A DNA stretch of 41,610 bases from an uncultured bacterium (GTDB taxonomy: Bacteria > UBP14 > UBA6098 > B30-G16). Shown here piece by piece: positions 35,927 through 41,610 of the stretch. Position 1 is the first letter of the stretch, and every line of letters begins with the position of its first letter. The stretch spans positions 1 through 41,610 of the forward strand of contig CBEVQY010000027.1 in the NCBI GenBank assembly GCA_965552135.1, given 5' to 3'. The notes beneath the pieces were generated by a model. The model was not told the DNA's origin. It did not search any database and saw nothing but the letters and a program-made list of their open reading frames with translations. A program made the position numbers and the translations under genes.

Positions 35927-37431
35927 TGGTCGGCAAGGGCTTCCGCGGGGCTTGGCTTGTCCTTTTCGGGGCGGCGGTCGCCGTGTTCATTGCCGGATGC
36001 GGGGAGGAGGAGTCGGGCGGCAAGATCTCGGTGACGATAACCTCGCCCCACGAGGGCGATACCATCTCCTTCCCCGCGACCATCACCGTCGATGTGACGA
36101 GCGATGCCGCCGTCGTAGAGGTCGTTTTCGTGGCGGCTGGCGACACCGTCGGCGTGGATACTGACCCGCCTTATGCCGTCGAATGGACGTTCTGCGAGGA
36201 CACGGGCGAGGTCGTCGTCGAGGTCTGCGCCTCCGACGAAGCCGGAAGGAGCGCCTGTGATCAGATAAACGTCTACGTTCCGCCGCCCGCGGGCGACTTC
36301 AGGCTCGTCGTCGCCGCGAAAAGCTCACACAACGTCTACCTGAGGTGGCAGGAGTACTCGGGTTCCCTCTTTTGGCGCTACAGGGTCTACATGTCCCAGC
36401 GCGACACAGTCGACGAGACCGACGAGCTTGTGGCGGAGCTTTCACGCCAGGCCGATACGACGTATCTGGTGGATGGGCTCGACCCCGTGCAAACCTACAG
36501 GTTCGCGGTCTACGCCATCCCCACCATCGGCGAGACGCTTGTCTCAAACCAGGTTGTTGTTCAGACCGATGAGGTCCCCGCGCCCTACGACGACGGAGCG
36601 GAGATGGTCCTTATCCCAGCGGGCGAGTTCACCATGGGCGATAGCTGGCACGTCGGCGGAAGCGAGGAATACCCGACGCGGAGGGTGTACCTTTCGGCGT
36701 TCTACATCTACAAGTACGAGGTCACGTGCGAGCAGTACAAGGCTTTCATGGACGCCGGCGGCTACTCTGACCCCGAGTGGTGGGACACGACCGGCTGGCG
36801 ATGGAAGGAGCGGGAGGGAATAACTAAGCCGCTCACCTGGAACGATCCGGAGTATCCCTGCGGCGACGCCTACCCCGACTATCCGGTCACCGGGGTTTCG
36901 TGGTACGAAGCTTGTGCGTATGCTCGTTTTGTTGGTCACCGTCTTCCGACGGAGGCGGAGTGGGAGTGTGCAGCCCGCGGCAGGGGCGGCGACGACGTCG
37001 ACGGCGACGGATACGACGACGGCTACAGGTTCCCGTGGGGCAACGAGTTCTTCGAGGGCGGGACGTTCCACTGCAACTATCTCTCCGAAGCCGACGGCGG
37101 CGAGCCCGACGGATTCGACGACGGATATCCCAAGGCTGCCCCGGTCGGGACTTATCCCTCGGGTGCTTCGCCCTTCGGGCTTATGGATATGGCGGGCAAC
37201 GCGAGCGAGTGGTGTCTCGATTGGTTCGAGGCGCCCTACAACGCCGACGACACCGAAAACCCGCAGGGTCCAGCGACGGGAAGCGAGAAGGTCTATCGGG
37301 GCGGAAGCTACATCCTCGATTCGGGCGGTGCCATCGCGGGCTTCAGCTTCAGGACGATGAAGCGCTTCAGGACCGACCCCGAGAACCAAAAGCACTACAT
37401 GGGCTTCAGGCTGGTCGAGCCTGCGGAGTGA
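35923..37431 (+). CDS. Lipoprotein with Ig-like/FN3 domains and C-terminal FGE-sulfatase (SUMF1-type) domain
   Basis: Lipobox FIAGC; ITSP...DPPY..W Ig-like unit; FN3-like unit; IPAGEFTMG, YEVT, PVTGVSWYEA, RLPTEAEWE, GLMDMAGNASEW, RGGS and GFR. Confidence 0.88.
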   Translation: MMVGKGFRGAWLVLFGAAVAVFIAGCGEEESGGKISVTITSPHEGDTISFPATITVDVTSDAAVVEVVFVAAGDTVGVDTDPPYAVEWTFCEDTGEVVVEVCASDEAGRSACDQINVYVPPPAGDFRLVVAAKSSHNVYLRWQEYSGSLFWRYRVYMSQRDTVDETDELVAELSRQADTTYLVDGLDPVQTYRFAVYAIPTIGETLVSNQVVVQTDEVPAPYDDGAEMVLIPAGEFTMGDSWHVGGSEEYPTRRVYLSAFYIYKYEVTCEQYKAFMDAGGYSDPEWWDTTGWRWKEREGITKPLTWNDPEYPCGDAYPDYPVTGVSWYEACAYARFVGHRLPTEAEWECAARGRGGDDVDGDGYDDGYRFPWGNEFFEGGTFHCNYLSEADGGEPDGFDDGYPKAAPVGTYPSGASPFGLMDMAGNASEWCLDWFEAPYNADDTENPQGPATGSEKVYRGGSYILDSGGAIAGFSFRTMKRFRTDPENQKHYMGFRLVEPAE

Positions 37432-37490
37432 GCCTTTGCGTCTGTGGGGGCTGCGGGAGTCGGTTGGGGTCTGGCCGTTCTGCCATCCGC

Positions 37491-38519
37491 ATGATCAAGG
37501 TCAGCGTCGTCATAACGGCGAGGAACGAGGAGAAATACCTGCGCGAGTGCCTTGAGTCCATCCAGGCGCAGGACTATCCGCACGAGCTTATGGAGGTCGT
37601 TCTCGTCGACAGCGCCTCGGAGGACGGCACGCGGGCTATAATGGAGGACTTTGCCAGAAGAAGCGACATAAAGGTCAGAATCCTCGAGAACCCGCGGGGC
37701 GATATCCCTCGCGGATGGAACATCGGTTTCCGCGCCGCCACGGGTGATGCGCTGCTTTTGATGATAGGTCATGCCTACATCCCTCCGAACCACATAAGCC
37801 GGGCGGTCTCCCTCCTGGAGGAGAAGGGCGCCGACGGCGTTTGCGGCAGGATCGTCTCTGTGGGCTCCGGTCGCGGGACGATTTGGGACGACGCCATAGC
37901 CGCGGCGATGGAGTCCCGCTTCGGCATCGGCAACGCAACGGCAAGGGTTGGAGGAAAGCCCGGCTGGATCGACAACCCAATGCTCACGCTCTACAGGAGG
38001 TCGCTTTTCGAGCGCTTCGGCTACATGGACGAGAGGCTGACCCGAAACGAGGACTATGAGTTCAATCAGCGTTGCTATGCCGGCGGCGCGCGGTTCTGGT
38101 TCCAGCCCGATATGCCGGTGTATTATCACAATCGTCCCACGCTGCGGGCTTTGTGGCGTCAGTATTTCGTTGGGGCGAAGTGGCGCGCCTTTATGATCGG
38201 AGAGCACAGGCGCGCCGTGCGGTTCCGGCATATTGTTCCCCCCGCGTTCGTCCTGGGGCTGGTTGCCTGTGGCGCAGCTGCCGTCGTAAGCTCCAAGGCG
38301 TTGCACGCGCTCCTCGCCGTTGCCGGAGCATATGCGGCAGCGCTTGCCGTCGCAACAGCTGCAGGCGCACTAAAAAGGCGCAAACCAGCCCTTATCTTCA
38401 CCCTCCCCATCGCGTTCGCAACAATACACCTCGCCTACGGGCTGGGGTTTCTGTGGGGGCTTATGAAGTTCGTCGTTGCCGGCGGCAGGAAGAGTGTTGT
38501 GGCGGCGGAGAAGCAGTAG
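37491..38519 (+). CDS. Glycosyltransferase family 2 (ExoA-like) with C-terminal TM helices
   Basis: VSVVITARNEE, VDSASEDGT, NEDYEFNQR, LWRQYF and hydrophobic C-terminus. An alternative in-frame GTG at 37428 overlaps the upstream stop. Confidence 0.9.
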   Translation: MIKVSVVITARNEEKYLRECLESIQAQDYPHELMEVVLVDSASEDGTRAIMEDFARRSDIKVRILENPRGDIPRGWNIGFRAATGDALLLMIGHAYIPPNHISRAVSLLEEKGADGVCGRIVSVGSGRGTIWDDAIAAAMESRFGIGNATARVGGKPGWIDNPMLTLYRRSLFERFGYMDERLTRNEDYEFNQRCYAGGARFWFQPDMPVYYHNRPTLRALWRQYFVGAKWRAFMIGEHRRAVRFRHIVPPAFVLGLVACGAAAVVSSKALHALLAVAGAYAAALAVATAAGALKRRKPALIFTLPIAFATIHLAYGLGFLWGLMKFVVAGGRKSVVAAEKQ

Positions 38520-38536
38520 CTTTGTACTATGCCGAA

Positions 38537-38570
38537 GGCGGTGGGGGCTTTTTCGGCGCCACCCACCGCC
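38537..38570. terminator. GC-rich hairpin between convergent genes, probable terminator
   Basis: GGCGGTGGG (38537-38545) pairs with CCCACCGCC (38562-38570). No strong U-tract. Confidence 0.55.
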
Positions 38571-38581
38571 CTCCGAGAGCG

Positions 38582-41500
38582 CTACTTGGCTTCCACGTGG
38601 GGCGGTCGCCCGGTGGTCGGATCGGGTTTCTGCATCTCATCTGAGTGATCGGGCGGGGGCGGCGGAGGAACCGCAGAGGTCGCCTTGGGAGTTTGCGGCG
38701 GCGTCTTCGGCCTCACGGTGACCTGGACGGCTCTCTTCAGCGGGTCCTGCCTGATGGGGTCAGCGCCCAGAGCCTCAACCTGCTCGGGCGTGAGCGCCTT
38801 GAGCCACTCGGGATCACGCTCCTCGGGCGGAACCTGCTTGACCCACTCCAGGCGATATTCCTGCGGAATTTGCCATATGTCCTTCGTGTGATCGAGCCAG
38901 TTTTGCTTCTTCCTCTGTCGCGGCGGTGCCGGCGGGAATCGCTTGTCCTCGTCGCCTTTCCTTTTAGCTGCAACGAGCCAGTCGAAGGAAGCATTGCTGG
39001 TGCCGCCGTTGAGCTCGTAAACGTCGAAACCGGTCTTCCCCTTCTTCACATACACGCCGTTGCAGTTATCGTTGAGCTGGATAAACACCTTCATGGGGTG
39101 GTCTTCGTCTATCGTCACGCAGTCGAGGAATACCGGGTCGAGCTCGACGTGGCAGTGCCCGTTGACGAGTCTGGCGCTCCCCATGTCTATAAACCAGAAC
39201 TCAGGGCTTTCCGGGCAGATAAGATTTCTCCTGCCGATTCGCGTTTCCATGATTGTCGCGACGCTGCCGCCGCCGTTTATCTTGTAATCCGTGCCGGAGT
39301 AGTGTAAGCCCACGTACGCGTAGTCGTTGGTGCTTGAGTTGCCGTCGAAGTATCCGCCGTAGGTATCGTCGGTTCCGTGGTCGTGCGCCACGTATGCGAA
39401 CGCTGTTCCGCCGTCGAGGTAAGCGCCCACGGTGTCTCCGGAGCTTTCTTCGTATGCGATCTCCGCCCAGGCAGAACCACCAACGAATGCGCCGCCGTAG
39501 TCGTCGCCGCTTCCCGATGCGGAGCCATATACGCCGTAGTTCGTTCCGCTACCGCCGGATACAGCGCCGAAAACGCCGTAGTAGGTGTGGTCTCCGCTCG
39601 GTGTGACGTAACCGTGCACGCCCCTGTATCCGCCTTTGAAGTATCCGCCGTAGCCGTACCAGTCGGAGACTTGGCAGGTCCCGTAGACGCCGTAGTCATC
39701 TGCGGATGACCGAACCGCCTCGCCTCTTACGGCGTGACCGGTGTCGTTGTGTCCATAGACTCCATAGCTTGAGCCGCCGAGGTAGCCGTATCTGTTGTTG
39801 TCGAAGCCGTCGTAGTACGAGCCTATGACGCCGTAGCCAGCGTCGGATGCTCCCACAACGCCGTCGCCGTCTCCTGAGTGAAGCATGTGCGTGTTGTTGC
39901 TTCCGAGTCCCAGGATACCGTCACCTACGGAGTTTATGTTGACGCCGTAGACGCCGAAGGTTGAGCCCGAGTTGGACTGTCCGTACACGCCGTCGGTTTC
40001 GGTTCCGCCGTCGCCGAAGACCCCTGCGCCCGAGCTGCTGTCGCTTGTGCCGTAGACGCCGATGTTGCTCAGTCCCAGGGCGCCCCATCTGTCGTTATCG
40101 GAGCCGTTGTAGTGCGAGCCTATGACGCCGTACCCTGCGTCGCTGACGCCCACAACGCCGTCGCCACTTCCGGAGTGCAAAAGCACCCCCGCGCCGCTGC
40201 CAACGCCCGCTACTCCGTCGGTGGAGCTGTCGGCGGGCGTCATACCGTAGACGGCGTAGTCCTGCCAGCCGTAGCCGTAAACGCCTATGTCGTTGCCCCT
40301 GCCGTACACGCCCCAGCTTTCGGTCGAGGCATCAGCAGCCCAGCCGTAAACGGCGTAAACGTAAGTCCCGCCGGAGGCATAGCTGTTTATGCCGTAGTTT
40401 ATGCCGTCGTTGCCGTAGCGGTAGCTGTAGAGGTCGATGCCGTAGATGTTGGCTGTGTTGCCCGAAGCCTGATAGGCGTTTATGTCCAAACCTCGAACGA
40501 AGCTGCTGCCTGTGCCCGTGTGGTCGGCGTAGATGTAAAGACCGTATTGATCCTGCGTCGTCGACGTGGAGGTGATAAAGCCGCCGTACGTAAAGCTTGT
40601 GTTCGAGCTTCCTGTGAAGTTGGCTTCGGCGTAGAGACCATAGCAGTGGCTGCCCGAGTTCGTTTGATAGAACCGGGCGGCGTAGCCACCGCTTGAACCC
40701 GTATTCATATCGACGAAGATGCCGTATATGTAGTCCTGAACGTCTGCCACGCGAAGGTTGTCGCCTATGCCACCGGTGGGGCGAAGGTAGTCGCCCATAT
40801 CCTCCCAGTTGTCCCAGTTGCTGTTGTAGTGATGTCCGTCGACCATATCGGCGTTGAGGTTTGAGCAAAGCGTTGTTGAGCTCACACTTACGGGCGCCGT
40901 CCCTGTCGAGACTGTGGATACAAGCTGCCCCGTGGCGCGGATGCTCCCCGAAACATCGAGCTTGTATGCCGGCGACGTCGTTCCAATGCCGACGTTTGTT
41001 CCATCGTCGTAGACGACGGAGTTGCCAAGGGAGGTCGCCCCCGTCCAGCGGGCAAGATACCCTGTGCTGCCAGAACCAGATATCCCTCCCCCCGGCGTGA
41101 TGGTCTGCCACGAGCTTCCGTCGTACCAACGTATCCCCGTGGAGGTGGGATACATCCCATAAACCGAGCCCGCATCGTACGACGGCGGAGTGGGGTCGCC
41201 GGAAACACCCGCAGCATCGTACCAGTATGCACCGCCAAACGTTATTATGCCGTTTCTGCCGGTGGAGCTGCCTATCTGCAAGTTGCCAGAGCCGGAGGAA
41301 GGCCTGAAGTTGATTTCACTTGAGGAAGCAAACGGTGCGCGGAAGCCCCAGCCGTTGCCGTTTATGTCGAATATGGCGTTGCCCTTCACCTTAAGAGCAT
41401 CGCCTATGGAGGAAGGATTCAGGAAGTAGCTTGTGTTTTCGGCGTCGTAGAAGGCGGAAGCCCTCACATCGCCTGAGACATCGAGCTTATACGAAGGTGC

Positions 41501-41610
41501 GCTTGTGCCGACCCCCACATTCCCGTTGTTCTTGAGCACCAGAAGGTCGTGGACTGCAGCTCCGTCATACCACCTGAACCTAACATCGCCTGTGTCGGCA
41601 CCGATGTGGG
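38582..41610 (-). CDS. Large Gly/Tyr/Ser-rich repetitive fibre/adhesin-like protein (5'-truncated by window edge)
   Basis: Frame stays open to the window end (HIGADTGDVRFRWYDG...). Two NVG(V/I)GTxxPxYKLDVSG repeats, a long run of GVYG repeats, a globular CPESPEFWFIDMGS...WLVAAKRKG domain and a Pro-rich tail. Confidence 0.8.
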   Translation of the reverse strand, partial: HIGADTGDVRFRWYDGAAVHDLLVLKNNGNVGVGTSAPSYKLDVSGDVRASAFYDAENTSYFLNPSSIGDALKVKGNAIFDINGNGWGFRAPFASSSEINFRPSSGSGNLQIGSSTGRNGIITFGGAYWYDAAGVSGDPTPPSYDAGSVYGMYPTSTGIRWYDGSSWQTITPGGGISGSGSTGYLARWTGATSLGNSVVYDDGTNVGIGTTSPAYKLDVSGSIRATGQLVSTVSTGTAPVSVSSTTLCSNLNADMVDGHHYNSNWDNWEDMGDYLRPTGGIGDNLRVADVQDYIYGIFVDMNTGSSGGYAARFYQTNSGSHCYGLYAEANFTGSSNTSFTYGGFITSTSTTQDQYGLYIYADHTGTGSSFVRGLDINAYQASGNTANIYGIDLYSYRYGNDGINYGINSYASGGTYVYAVYGWAADASTESWGVYGRGNDIGVYGYGWQDYAVYGMTPADSSTDGVAGVGSGAGVLLHSGSGDGVVGVSDAGYGVIGSHYNGSDNDRWGALGLSNIGVYGTSDSSSGAGVFGDGGTETDGVYGQSNSGSTFGVYGVNINSVGDGILGLGSNNTHMLHSGDGDGVVGASDAGYGVIGSYYDGFDNNRYGYLGGSSYGVYGHNDTGHAVRGEAVRSSADDYGVYGTCQVSDWYGYGGYFKGGYRGVHGYVTPSGDHTYYGVFGAVSGGSGTNYGVYGSASGSGDDYGGAFVGGSAWAEIAYEESSGDTVGAYLDGGTAFAYVAHDHGTDDTYGGYFDGNSSTNDYAYVGLHYSGTDYKINGGGSVATIMETRIGRRNLICPESPEFWFIDMGSARLVNGHCHVELDPVFLDCVTIDEDHPMKVFIQLNDNCNGVYVKKGKTGFDVYELNGGTSNASFDWLVAAKRKGDEDKRFPPAPPRQRKKQNWLDHTKDIWQIPQEYRLEWVKQVPPEERDPEWLKALTPEQVEALGADPIRQDPLKRAVQVTVRPKTPPQTPKATSAVPPPPPPDHSDEMQKPDPTTGRPPHVEAK
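39776..40183 (-). repeat. Internal duplication with about 297-nt (99-aa) period in the fibre-like gene
   Basis: 40073-40183 encodes LLHSGSGDGVVGVSDAGYGVIGSHYNGSDNDRWGALG and 39776-39886 encodes MLHSGDGDGVVGASDAGYGVIGSYYDGFDNNRYGYLG. The DNA similarity is visible (gagcctatgacgccgta, cccacaacgccgtcgcc). Confidence 0.85.

Noticed and set aside
37290..37431. Diversity-generating retroelement targeting the FGE-domain gene
   Set aside because: No template repeat or reverse transcriptase is in the window.
36900..37490. 539-aa version of the GT2 ORF; likewise the extended starts at 692, 13409, 32464, 34895 and 35761
   Set aside because: The extensions overlap upstream genes and are low-complexity Arg-rich translations. 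Downstream ATGs match the family N-termini.
1..41610. Abundant GTCGAC/CTCGAG/GAGCTC/AAGCTT palindromes and GGGNAGGG (KOPS-like) octamers
   Set aside because: The palindromes are explained by frequent codon pairs (GTC-GAC, CTC-GAG, GAG-CTC, AAG-CTT). The KOPS-like sites occur on both strands without clear polarity. No CRISPR-like regular spacing was seen.

Overview
A 41.6 kb, gene-dense, GC-rich bacterial chromosomal segment. It is mostly housekeeping genes in mixed-function operons: partial topA, hypF, riboflavin synthase, phosphofructokinase, guaA, ftsK, tRNA-Lys(UUU), lspA, thiC, dapA/dapB, purF, ruvA, kdsC and a class-V aminotransferase/TetR/serA-like cluster. Envelope and secreted proteins are interspersed. 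I found no mobile element, prophage, CRISPR array or rRNA. Four secreted proteins (one a decayed pseudogene) end in a PNPF...(K/R)xxLx(K/R) type-IX-secretion/FlgD-like C-terminal domain. Together with kdsC, an Omp85 barrel and hypF, this suggests (inference only) a diderm, probably anaerobic, FCB-superphylum-like organism. Main points of interest: (1) an archaeal-type group II geranylgeranylglyceryl-phosphate synthase coupled to a sigma-54 response regulator; (2) a lone microcompartment vertex gene (EutN/CcmL) overlapping guaA; (3) a HEAT-lipoprotein / patatin-POTRA-barrel / CTD-cargo trio; (4) a large Gly-rich fibre-like protein running off the window end; (5) a low-GC GT-C glycosyltransferase insert; (6) a PPi-type PFK signature; (7) apparent leaderless transcripts. 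All calls rest on motif recognition by eye. No database searches were run.
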